Shown here in pieces: positions 25,103 through 35,362 of a DNA stretch of 64,000 bases (positions within the stretch are counted from its first letter, which is position 1; each line of letters begins with the position of its first letter). A model generated the notes under the pieces. That model was not told the origin of the DNA. It worked only from the letters and a program-made list of their open reading frames with translations, and ran no database searches. Source of the DNA: Plasmodiophora brassicae (taxonomy: Eukaryota); the NCBI GenBank assembly GCA_036867785.1, contig CP145413.1:186001-250000 (forward strand), given 5' to 3'. Position numbers and translations under genes: made by a program.

Positions 25103-27013
25103 ATGTCGTCACTGGCAGTCGGGACGCGCATCAGCTGCCTGGTGGACGGGGCGCCGGTCGAAGGCATCGTCCGGTGGTGTGGCATATGGAAGGACCTGGA
25201 CCCGGGCGCCATCCCTGTTGACGATGACGGCCTGCGGTTCGCCGATGATGATGACGATGATCTCGCCGGGCCCGACGAGCACTGGGTGGGCGTCGAGACC
25301 GTCGGTTGCCCACCTGCTGGTCGGTCGCACCTCGTCTAACGCGTCGCGCGCGTCCCTGAACGTTCCAGACAGTTCCTGGTGTGCTCCGGCACGGCGAGTT
25401 TCTCGGCAAGCACTTCTTCAACTGCGACACTGGTGGCGCCGTCTTCGTCCCCGCCAGCTCGGTGTCGGCGCGAGGTCTGCCCGGCGTCGCGAACGTCGGC
25501 GCGCGTATCTGACTGACGTCACCAGACGCGTCATCGGCCACGTCGGCGGAGACGCGAGCGGCGCTGGCGATTCAGCGCGCGTATCGCCGACGTCGAGGGG
25601 CACGTGGCTGGCACTGGTGGTACCAGGTGTGGAAGCGAACGGGCGCAGCAGGCAGGCGCCGGTCGTCGTCGTCGGTGTCGTCGTTGAGCACAACGTTGTT
25701 CACGACAGCGGCTGCGCCGGTGCCCTTAGAATGGGAAGGCCCGGACCTGACCGGGAACCTCACCGTTGGCCTCGTTCGGCAATGGATCCGCCTGGAGGTC
25801 GAACAGGACACCCTCGGGACGCCTGCTGGGTCGCGCGCCTTGCTCCCGAAGCAGGCTGCCCTGAACGTGATCAGGCTGGGCGGGGCGCGAAGCGATGTGA
25901 TCGTCGACTGCCGCGGTGCGACCGTTGTCGATGCGCCTCTGGCCCAGATCGACCTGGGTGCGATCGTTGAACGATGCGCCAGCAGCAGCAGCAGCCCAGT
26001 CATGTTCGTCAGCGCGTCCTACCATACGACGCGTGGCAGGCTCAACGCGGCCGTCTTCCTGCAACTCCTCGCCATACGCGCCGTGTTCGGCCGCGATCGC
26101 GTCGTCGTCACGAAGCGGCCCGTGAAAGAGGCCAGGCCGTCCCATCTGAAGGTCAGCGTGCCTTCGGTTCGTCCCCTCGCCTCGTCTGATTGGGCGTTAC
26201 CAGGACCTGTACGACGAGGAAGTGTCGATGGCCATCTGGTCGGCGTACGAACGCCTCCCCATTGATGCGCAGGCACCACCTGGAAGATCGACGACCAGCA
26301 GCGAATGGGTTGCCTTTTCAGCGCCGTCGAACGCCGCCAGGCCGGGATCGGCCTCGTCGGAGATCGTTCGTCCCCAGTGGCGACGCGCGTTCGCCTCCCA
26401 TTACTTCCGTTCGCTGGGGACGTCCCCTGCTGGACCCGCGTCCTCCGGGGGCGTTGCCGCCGCGATCGATCGTGCAAGCGGGGCGCTCTATGCGCACTGG
26501 TCGCGTCTGGCAGCCGCGTCGGGATCGGGCACGCTGCTCACCGCCGACGACATCAAGCACGGGCTGGAGCGCGTTGCCAACGTCGATCTGGCGGGCGGCG
26601 GCGGCGTCGACGCGCTGGATGGCACCCGGGCCGCACTGCACCTGTCGAAGAAGAAGTCGGGGCGGACCGTCGACTTCGTCGAGTTCCTGATGTTCTACAG
26701 CTTCCAGTGGATGGCGATGGTGCCCACCGGCGGCGACGAGCAATCGCGGCGCGCCAGACCGCCCGGGCCGCCGGGCGTCGCCCGCATCCTCGCGACGATG
26801 CGCGACAACGACAGCGTCGAGCGCCTGCACAACTACTTTGACATCAACGGGACCGGGCGCATCACCCGCGAGCAATTACGGAACGGGATCCGACAGTACT
26901 TCCGGCGCGAGGCCTGGTCGCCGACCCAGGCCGACATCGACGGCATCGCGCAGCGCCTCGCCGGCACCGAGGACGTCGCCGTCGACGACTTCATGCAGTT
27001 GGTGATTCGCTAG
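25103..27013 (+). CDS. CAP-Gly + IQ + degenerate PPP (PPEF/rdgC-like) + EF-hand protein, predicted pseudophosphatase
   Basis: Spliced product reads GIVRWCG..HWVGVET|TVPGVLRHGEFLGKHFFNCDTGGAVFV (CAP-Gly), AALAIQRAYRRRR (IQ), WEGPDLTGNLT...TRGRLNAAVFLQLLAIRAVF...YERLPI (PPEF-like spacing without catalytic motifs) and YFDINGTGRITREQL (EF-hand). Confidence 0.7.
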
Positions 27014-27208
27014 CCCGTTCGCCAACCGAGTCAGCGCACCACCGTCGTGCTTGTCGCGTTCGTCGTATCGAGTCGTACCATCAGGGTGTATTGGTGGTGT
27101 GCCAGGGACGTTTCGAACTCAAATAGACTGGACGGACGACGCTGGGCAGGGTTTGGGAAGTGCAGGTTGTGTGGCAAGCAGCAGCGGGGTGGGGGGTGGT
27201 GTCGCGTC

Positions 27209-28108
27209 TCAAAGCGCCGCGTTCGTGGTGGACGTGTTGGCGATGGCCGTTGAGCGCGGGGCGCCGGCAAGGGCGACGGCGGACTGGTTGGTCGACAGCT
27301 TGATCTTCGACTTCGTGTTGTCGGCGTCCTTGGACTGGGCGCCGCCCGTGAAGACGCTGCTGACGAGGACGGCCTGGCACAGGACGAAGACGAAGGCGTT
27401 CATGGTGATCATCTGGCTGTTGGCCGGGTTCGACACGCGGATGACGGCGAGGATCGTCACGACCGTCATGCAGGTGCCGGTGACCGCCAGGCGGATCGAC
27501 TCCCGGTAGATGATCTGCGCGTAGACGTCGACCCCACCCGATGATTTCGTGGCGTGCGCCATGTCCCGCTGGTACCCGAACAGTTTGGATATCGCCAGGC
27601 ATCCGGACGTGAAATCGATCAGCGTCCAGAACGTGTACAGAAGCGGGAGGCTGAAGACGACGCCACTGGCGGCCTGCGACCCATGACAGTTGTTCGAGAA
27701 ATCGTAGACCTGCCCGATGACGATCCAGTAGAAGAGGGCGGACAGGGCACCGACGACGCCAGTGACCTTGAGGATGTGCTTGCTCTCCGGGAACGCCACC
27801 TTCATGGCCCGGTAGATCATGTACGAGTACTTACTGGCGTCCTTCAGCGACCAGACGCAGTCAGCCAGGAACCACAGCGTCAGGTTCGTGCACGTCGACT
27901 CGTAATCGGCCCACAGCGACGCCGTCCACCCGACGCACGTCGCCAGGCAGTCCAGGTAGATCATCAGGACCACCAGGTGCTTCGGCGAGCGGAAATCGAT
28001 GCGCCACTTCCCGCCGAACACGAGAATCACCAGCGTGCTGATCGCCATCATGCCGGCGTTCCCGTTCAACCCATTCAGGAACGCCACTGCCGCCGACGGC
28101 GTGGACAT
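27209..28108 (-). CDS. Seven-transmembrane GPCR-like protein
   Basis: Intronless ~299 aa with seven hydrophobic segments, Cys at the start of TM3 (STCTNL) and in the TM4-5 loop (NNCH), YR at the end of TM3, and a Ser/Thr-rich tail. Confidence 0.72.
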   Translation of the reverse strand: MSTPSAAVAFLNGLNGNAGMMAISTLVILVFGGKWRIDFRSPKHLVVLMIYLDCLATCVGWTASLWADYESTCTNLTLWFLADCVWSLKDASKYSYMIYRAMKVAFPESKHILKVTGVVGALSALFYWIVIGQVYDFSNNCHGSQAASGVVFSLPLLYTFWTLIDFTSGCLAISKLFGYQRDMAHATKSSGGVDVYAQIIYRESIRLAVTGTCMTVVTILAVIRVSNPANSQMITMNAFVFVLCQAVLVSSVFTGGAQSKDADNTKSKIKLSTNQSAVALAGAPRSTAIANTSTTNAAL

Positions 28109-28152
28109 GACGTCTATCTTATATGGTGTCTCACCTCGAATCCCGGCGCTGA

Positions 28153-28185
28153 TCACGTGGTACGGGTCGTCACGTGGTACGGATC
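28153..28185. promoter_or_regulatory. Duplicated CACGTG (E/G-box) element just upstream of the 7TM gene
   Basis: Direct repeat TCACGTGGTACGG(G/A)TC x2, about 45-77 nt upstream of the ATG at 28108. Confidence 0.3.
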
Positions 28186-28309
28186 AACTAAGTTATGGTT
28201 CGCGTCATAAACGCGGCAGGTACTACTGGCAGGTAAATAGGTTCCCATGGACAGTCGCATCCAGCGCGAAACATGTCATGTTCTGCGTTCATTCACCAGC
28301 GGCCATTCT

Positions 28310-29086
28310 CTACCAAATGGCGACGGTCGCTCCCAACAGGGCGAGAACGACATTGGCAATGACGCACGACGAAACGAGGGCGTTGCTCTTCATGGCAGGC
28401 GCCGCCGTCGACATCTGCGTGCCGTTGTTGGTCGGATTAGTGACCGTCTGCCCCGGGGCCACGACGGTGTCGCCGGCGGCGAACAGGTCGATGGGGATGA
28501 TGCCTTGGCTGTTATCCCCATGCATGTTGTAGGTGAGCGTCAGTGGCGGCCCTTGGTTGACAACGGGGATGTCGACGCCGTACGCCCACAGCATATTGGT
28601 GGTCGTGCCGGCAACGATGTCGATGTCGGTGGCTGCGTCGCCAGTGACCAGGCGGCGACGCATGACGATCGTCGTGGTGTTGTCCGGGTTGATGTGTCCG
28701 CTGACCAGCGCGACGTTGTCCTGCCCGCCGACGTTCACGTCGAGATCGGGTTGCTGGTAGGCGTGGGAGAACTGGTCAAAGACATTGGGGGTCCCGATGT
28801 GGTCAACCCAGCCGATCAGGCTATCAGTCATCATATGCCCGGATGTGGGGTTGTCTTTCGTCAGGCCGACTGCGATCCAGCCGCGGGTACCCGGCTCCAG
28901 TAACGTCAGCGCAAGCTCAACGACGTTGTTGGCAGCATCCGTTGTCCAGCCGCAACGCCAGCGCCCGGTCACCGTCACGGATCCGTTCACAGATTGGGGG
29001 CCAGGCGGGGGGACGTAAATCGTCCCGTGCACGCCCACGCAGGCCAGCGCAACGACAACAACCCAAACAGTACCGATCATCGACAT
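28310..29086 (-). CDS. Secreted, probably GPI-anchored DOMON-domain protein (copy 1)
   Basis: Signal peptide MSMIGTVWVVVVALACVGVHG, GWIAVGL..GHMMTDSLIGW, RRRLVTGD..D, MLWAYG, YNMH and a hydrophobic C-terminal tail. Confidence 0.88.
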   Translation of the reverse strand: MSMIGTVWVVVVALACVGVHGTIYVPPPGPQSVNGSVTVTGRWRCGWTTDAANNVVELALTLLEPGTRGWIAVGLTKDNPTSGHMMTDSLIGWVDHIGTPNVFDQFSHAYQQPDLDVNVGGQDNVALVSGHINPDNTTTIVMRRRLVTGDAATDIDIVAGTTTNMLWAYGVDIPVVNQGPPLTLTYNMHGDNSQGIIPIDLFAAGDTVVAPGQTVTNPTNNGTQMSTAAPAMKSNALVSSCVIANVVLALLGATVAIW

Positions 29087-29367
29087 GCTGATAAGACAAT
29101 CACCATTAGAACCACCAGTGCCCCATGACGAAGCAGTCAAGCATATCTAGAACGTCGTTCCAGAACACTGTAGAATGAGTGTGCCAGAACAATCTGCAGG
29201 TGCGTTTGGCACCAAGGGAGTCGGCCCCGGCAGACGTCCCTGTGCAACGTGTACAGCATGTATAACGTGTCGGGACCACGGTCACGTCGTCTGGTTAACG
29301 TCCAGTAATAGCACAAGCGTTTGACTTTGTTCAGGCAATTTGTATGGCAGATGCGCGTGCCAATAGT

Positions 29368-29435
29368 TGGGGCGTAGCTTAGCGGTAAAGCGCTTCGTTT
29401 GCCACGGATCCCGGTTCCGATCACCGGCGCCTCCA
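29368..29435 (+). pseudogene. Degenerate copy of the adjacent tRNA-Ala(UGC)
   Basis: Near-identical to 29576-29647, but with G1>T, a D-loop T>C, A37>C, a 4-nt deletion (AAGA) destroying the anticodon stem, a T-loop TTC>TCC change and no T-run terminator. Confidence 0.85.
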
Positions 29436-29575
29436 CTTTCCCGCCTAGCCTGAGGACCCGGACGGTCAAGTCACAGGCAAAGACGGTTCGTTCAGACCGA
29501 ACGCTCACCTTGCCGGGCGTTTCAGCGCAGCGGTTCGCTGCTGACCCTCAAGAACCACCGGATTCGCTGTACGCA

Positions 29576-29647
29576 GGGGGCGTAGCTTAGTGGTAAAGCG
29601 CTTCGTTTGCAACGAAGAGATCCCGGTTTCGATCACCGGCGCCTCCA
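29576..29647 (+). tRNA. tRNA-Ala(UGC)
   Basis: Full cloverleaf: acceptor GGGGGCG/CGCCTCC with G3:U70, D arm GCTT/AAGC, anticodon arm CTTCG-TTTGCAA-CGAAG, T arm CCGGT-TTCGATC-ACCGG and discriminator A. Confidence 0.93.
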
Positions 29648-29652
29648 TTTTT
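29648..29652 (+). terminator. Pol III oligo-T terminator of tRNA-Ala
   Basis: TTTTT immediately after the discriminator base. Confidence 0.75.
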
Positions 29653-30219
29653 AGGGGATGGTTTTGTCCTGTCCGTCCTTTTAGCCGGGAAAAAGTTTCG
29701 GTGTCCGTGGCTGGGGAGTGGGGACTCGATAATCAAAAGTTGATCCAGGACGCGGCTACTAACTGGACACGCCGTGCTAGGGCTGGATAAACAAGAATCG
29801 AGGTCGTGTGTGGTATATTGCGAGCAGACCTACACGTTTTTATTACACAGTGTATTAGCCGCGAAGCTAGCTGGTAGCCTAAAGTTAACAAGCACGATTG
29901 TTCACATTTGGACAGCAACGTACCAATGCAACCGCTGTCACGGGATTACTGTCATCGGAAATACGGTTAACATGCTCGACGACCTTAGCTGAGGCAATAG
30001 TAGACGTTACTTACAAACCCACATGCGTATCCAGCGTTCGTGCTTACCGGAATCAACGATTATCGCTCTTGTACTTAGAATACAAGGGATACCGGGAGCA
30101 ACAGTGGCACCTGGCGGGAGATCAGAGCTGTATCAACAGGGTAAACGTCACGAACGTTACCGTCGTTGGCAATATCCGGTAGCAGAGCATTCAAGAGCTC
30201 GGCTGCACATTTACACACG

Positions 30220-30909
30220 TCAGGTAAAAAGGGGTCGCGCGGCCACCATAACAGATGACTTACAGGATGCTAGAGGGTTTGTGCACTCTTTTCTGCGCCG
30301 TGCTCCAGGGCAGCCAACCCTGTTGCAAACTGAACCGTCCACAAGACGGCTACGGCACGCTCGAGACTTTCGTTGAGGCCGCGGAACAGAAACGGGTTCT
30401 AAAGGAACCACAGTCGGAGGTGTGTGCCCTTCAATATGGATCGACGGAACAATGGGAATTGGCGGCGGTTCCAGTTGGCGATTCGAGCGTGAACCATCTA
30501 TAACGGTGTCCAACACACTTTGATGATCAGATGGGAGAGGAATTAGCGCCTGCAAATCATCCGATGATATTCCCAGAGAAAGACGAAGCTGCTGCCGTCC
30601 AGAGATGTCAACCAACTCTGAACGTTCGCGGTTGCGCACCTTCGCGAACTTGGAGTAATAAAAACGCAGAGCTTCTGGAGTCTTTGCGAAGGTGTGCTTC
30701 CCGTCGACCTTCAGGAACCACTCTTTGGCCATCCAGTTGAAGCTGGGTCGCCTTCGTCTTTGATTCGATGCAACTGATTGATCGTGGAGTTGGCTGTACA
30801 GAGCCCGTTCCTGCTTCGTATGAACAGACAGGAATGGAACCAGGACGCCCTGTCGGTCGGCGAGGAATCGCTTACTGGCGCCTTGCAGGCGTAAACACGC
30901 AAAATGGGG
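30220..30909 (-). pseudogene. 5'-truncated fragment of a transposon-type protein ending in a Cys cluster
   Basis: Open frame reads RFLADRQGVLVPFLSVHTKQERALYSQL..PSFNWMAKEWFLKVDGKHTFAKTPEALRFYY..RKSRACRSRLVDGSVCNRVGCPGARRRKECTNP. As recalled, this resembles the C-terminus of DUF6729-associated mobile proteins. The upstream part is replaced by an inverted duplication. Confidence 0.5.
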
Positions 30910-31146
30910 TCCAAGTTCGTGAAGGTGAGCAACCGCGAACGTTCAGAGTTGGTTGACATCTCTGGACGGCAGCAGCTTCGTCTTTCTCTGGGAATACCAT
31001 CGGATGGTTTGCAGGCGCTAATTCCTCTCCCATCTGATCATCAAAGTGTGTTGGACACCGTTATAGATGGTTCACGCTCGAATCGCCAACTGGAACCGCC
31101 GCCAATTCCCATTGTTCCGTCGATCCATATTGAAGGGCACACACCT
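30418..31146. repeat. 237-bp inverted repeat (arms 30418-30654 and 30910-31146, 255-bp spacer)
   Basis: Arms align ungapped with 4 mismatches; the same peptide (NRERSELVDISGRQQLRLSLG...IEGHTP) appears on both strands. Confidence 0.97.
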
Positions 31147-31430
31147 TCACGATCTCGGGTGCACGAGCGCTTGTCGTTGTTCACTCTTCACTGCATCTGC
31201 GGACATCGGCTGCTGAACGAACGAACCGGCTGATTCAGGTCGGTTGAAATTCGCTCCGACTTGGCGAACGTTGCTGCACACTGTGCGTGCGGGCTGTCGG
31301 GCGCTCGCCGCTCGCCGCTCGGGTCGCTTCTGGCGGAAAAAAGCGGTGATTGTTGTGGTGGGCGGGCAACGGCAACGCAACGACGGGGTCCATTTGGTGA
31401 ACCGGGGCGCCGGACGAGGACGCCCTCGTG

Positions 31431-33113
31431 ATGGCCATGGCAGCCCGGTGGCTCTTCATGGCAACGATGACGCGTGTGCGGCCGGCGACAGGGGCGGGCC
31501 TGCGGATGCGGTCGACGCTGACGTACAGACGGTGGCCAGTACGACGAGGCGTGGGGTGTCGGCGCGCGCATGACGGTTGCTGACTGCATGACGATGCCGT
31601 AGAGGCAGAAATCGGACTGTGAGGAGAGCGTTGAGGAGATGAACGACTTCGACAAGGAGCTGTGCACGGTGCCGATGGACCCCGACGAGCTGACCGATAC
31701 GGACCTGCGAATCAAACCGGCACCGATGCTGACCAAGCAATGGCTTCGCGCAACGGACACCGCCATCGACGAGGCGCTTGTCCGATACAAAGCCGAGAAG
31801 GAAGGCGTCCCGCCTGAGTATGTCGCGCTGCGTGCCAACGATATGGGGCGCTTGCCTGAGGTTTGACGTGCGACCCCAGAGAGATTGAGGAGATCCCCGA
31901 TCTCACCGAGATGGATCTACCTTCCTATTACCGCATGATGCGGGAACATATGGATAAGCTCCCGAACATGCTCGGTGGACGTCGGCCGCCGATCTTGGGT
32001 CCGTCTCGTTAATTGGTTTCGTTCCATCGAGATGCTAATCGTTGTACAGCTCCAACGTTCATGGAGGATGTCGACACGTACGCGAGCCCCGACCTTGATG
32101 AAGACTTCTGTGCGATGGTTATCGTATGGTGCGGATTCCCGGTGGTAATGACGGATTGTGTCAGGGGGCGCTCGTGAGCTCGAGGAATACGTCGACCTCC
32201 GGGAGGACGCCGAAGAGCTGGAACTAACTGGCAACAATCCAGATGAGGAGGAAGAAGAGGTTGTCGCCAGTCCGTTCGGTGAAGGTGGAAACCAAGGTGA
32301 TGATGACGAAGACATACCAGGCATTGGGCACTGCGTACTCTCTATCGAGCGTAAAGTCAAGGTTCGCATGTCTATAGATCGACCTTCATGTGGGCGCCGT
32401 TCTGACTTGGGCTCCTACCCCAGACCGTCAAAAGTGGTCGCATCATGAGTATTTCTGCTCTTGTCGTTGCTGGCAATTACAACGGCATGGTTGGGTATTC
32501 GATCGGTCGTGGAATGACGAGCGAGGAGGCGTACAAGACTGCGAAACGTCGCGCAGCAAAGAAGATGATGTTTGTGCCACGTCTGTTTGAGGAGTCCTTG
32601 TTCCATGATTCTATCGGTAGGCATCGTACTTGCGCGGGACCTGCACAGTGGACAAAATCATCGTCTCTGTAGGTAGAGCGGCGGCGACGAAGGTGTTTCT
32701 TTGGGCGCGAAGACCCGGGAAAGGTGTGTCCTCTCGCATGCTGGCATTGCCAGCAGTTTGTGACTAAATCCGTAATCAGGTCTCGTGTGCAGCCCTATGA
32801 TCACCGAAATCATGGAGCTGGCTGGTATTAGAGACGCAACGGTTCAAGTGGCGGGAAGCAAGAACAAGCTGAATGTCGTTCGAGCGGTCCTGGACGGGCT
32901 GTCCAAGCAATCGGTACGGACCATTCGCCAGCGTTAGCAGCAAGGTTAATCACGGTTGCTCAGGACGTTGGTATAGTTCGTGCTGCTCGCGGGAACAATG
33001 TCTTGCCAAGCTATGCTAGGTTGCCGCCCGCCACGACCCGGTTACCGGATGGATTCGATCCAGTGAAAACGCCGGATCGCACTCGAGCCATTCTAGCATC
33101 ACTTAATCTGTGA
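31431..33113 (+). CDS. MRPS5: Mitochondrial ribosomal protein uS5m
   Basis: Presequence MAMAARWLFMATMTRVR, GRIMSISALVVAGNYNGMVGYSIGRG, SLFHDSIG and ELAGIRDATVQVAGSKNKLNVVRA. Confidence 0.88.
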
Positions 33114-33198
33114 GCCACCTGTCTCTGCTGAATGAACCAACCTTGGATTCCCTTTCGTCAGTCTACCGCGGTTGTTGTTTCGACCTTGCGCTGGCGCT

Positions 33199-35349
33199 TC
33201 AGCACCTGCCGCGAGTTGTGCATTCACTCGTGATGACATTTCCGCTCATGATCGGGAGTCCTTCTTTATTGTTGATCTGGTGACACTGTCGCCGTATGGG
33301 ACTCGCTGTCGCCAGCCGCCTGTGCACGTCCATTAGCAGTCTTGGGTTGCGGCACCACCAAACGGGAACCTGTCGGGTAAGCACGAGCATGTTGGATTCG
33401 TACTGTTGCAGATGACAGTATCCGTACTTAAGTCGTTGCATAGGTCCTTCAAATCGCTGATCGTGCTGGCACCCGCCTGCATCATGGCGGCCGCGTCTGA
33501 CATACATTGTAGGACACAGAGAATCTGTTGCGGCAACGGGAGATCATCGCCCCTGCCCCACAGGACGGGTGATGTGAAGCCAGGGCTATTTGACGCAGGA
33601 AGAACCTACACCATCCATCAGTAATGTGGGTTGCAGCAGATACGCCCCTGGAACCCATTTGCTCCTACATCTCTATACGTGTCCAGTAAACGTTCCTGAA
33701 TGGCTCGCAGCTTTGAATCCACCTTCAGCATGGAGTCCCCGACGTCGCCCTTTTCGGTCCCGTTTCCTCCCTGACAGCCGCAATGTCAGCCGGGTGCAGG
33801 ATATGAACTCCCCCGTGATGGCGCCCCACCTCCTGCAGCTGGGAATGTAGAACGTCAACGTCGACAAGGGTAGGTGGTTCTGCCAATGGCATTGTCGACG
33901 GCCGGGACGACAGCTCGTTCTGCAGCGCCATGACCAGACATCGCAGGAAGGTCGCCGTGCACTGTTTCAGTGGACGTCGCCTCAGCAATGGCTCATGTGC
34001 GAATCGAACCTCCCTGCGTAGTTATCCACCGATCACATTGGGAGTCTCGTCTCGAAGGACCATAACCGGCGAGGTACCTCGAGCGCAGAACAGCGTTCTC
34101 TTCCCGCAGGCGCGTGATCGTGTCCAGCAACGCGTCCAGCGAGCCGAACCGGTCGATGATCTCGGCCATACGTGCATTGCCGACCTGGTATTCGGTCAGG
34201 CGCCTGACGGATGAACGGTCAGTGCACGCGTCTGAATCAAGGTCAGACAATGACCTTTTGTATATCTGTAGCAGTTGCTGCTGCCGATAGAGCTTGACAG
34301 CAACGGGAACCTGAGCCGCTGGGAGTATCGAGAACTCCCTGTCGGTTCAACGTCAGGCACCACTGGCGGCTCGTGCTCCCCCCAGGTGACGGCGTACTGT
34401 GGCAATTCGTGGGCCCTTCGTGGCTCCAGGCGCTCGATTTCCTGTTGCAACGCTGCAATGTCGTCCTGAACCTTCATCTCGTTGGCGTAACCCTCGAAGT
34501 TCAGCAGGTTGAGCTTCGTTGTCAAGTCAAGCAGGGCCGTCTGCGACCGGGCCGCCGCGTCGTGCTCCCCAATCGATTCGTGCCACGTCGATGTCAGCTC
34601 CTTGACATACTCCTCGTGATGCCGGCCGAGTCTCTGAATGCAATCAGCGCATCAAACCTGGTGCGAACGTCTGTATGTACCTGCAACTGATCATGAACGT
34701 GCGACTTGCGGTCCGCTTGCCGCCGCGACGGTTCACGTCTGGCGGACTCGATCGATCTGGTTAGATCGGCAATCAGCGTGCCCATCTGGGATGTCAACTC
34801 TAGCAATTGGCCGTCAGTGGGAACCGCCTCCGCGTCAAGGGAGCGACCAGACCCACTTCGAATGTTCTTCGGAAGAACGAGATCGGCGGATACGCCACCT
34901 CGTGCAGGCAGGCAACTCTTGCTGGCCAGCGACGACGCGTCCTGCACGTCAATGTGGTCCGCCAGGCCGGCCTGTGTGCCACGTCAACCGCATACCATGC
35001 TCGATGAGAAGTGCTGATTACGCCATCGAATGCATGGCCGCAGTTCCAGCAGCGATTCAAGGTTGCCTGCAAGACGGAGGTGTTTGGCGGGTGCTCATCG
35101 CGTCTACCGTACGATACGACGGCGCACCTCAACGGGCAGCTGGGCATTTGGTCGACGTGAGCACTGGCTTCGAGTGCCAGCTGTCCGGCTGCTTGCACTG
35201 CGCCTCATCCCTACGGGCAACGACTCTGGTGGCCGCGAATATCCAGGCGACCGTACCCTGGGAGCACGTATGGAGCCGAGCTCGTTCAACGAAGGAACCT
35301 TCCGGTGACTCAACCATTTGTACAGTCGATCCAGTGTAGGACTATTCAT
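33199..35349 (-). CDS. Hypothetical multi-exon protein with coiled-coil segments (boundaries uncertain)
   Basis: Successive minus-strand ORF pieces separated by intron-like gaps (MNSPTLDRL..., LLELTSQMGTLIADLTRSIESAR, DDIAALQQEIERLE, LLDTITRLREENAVLR). No family recognised. Confidence 0.45.
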
Positions 35350-35362
35350 GCACGCGGCGTCC

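Noticed and set aside
29368-29435. Reading the upstream copy as tRNA-Gly(GCC)
   Set aside because: The anticodon stem cannot form after the 4-nt deletion, and the body is the Ala gene.
29649-29656. TTTTAGGG telomere-like octamer
   Set aside because: Single copy formed by the tRNA terminator.
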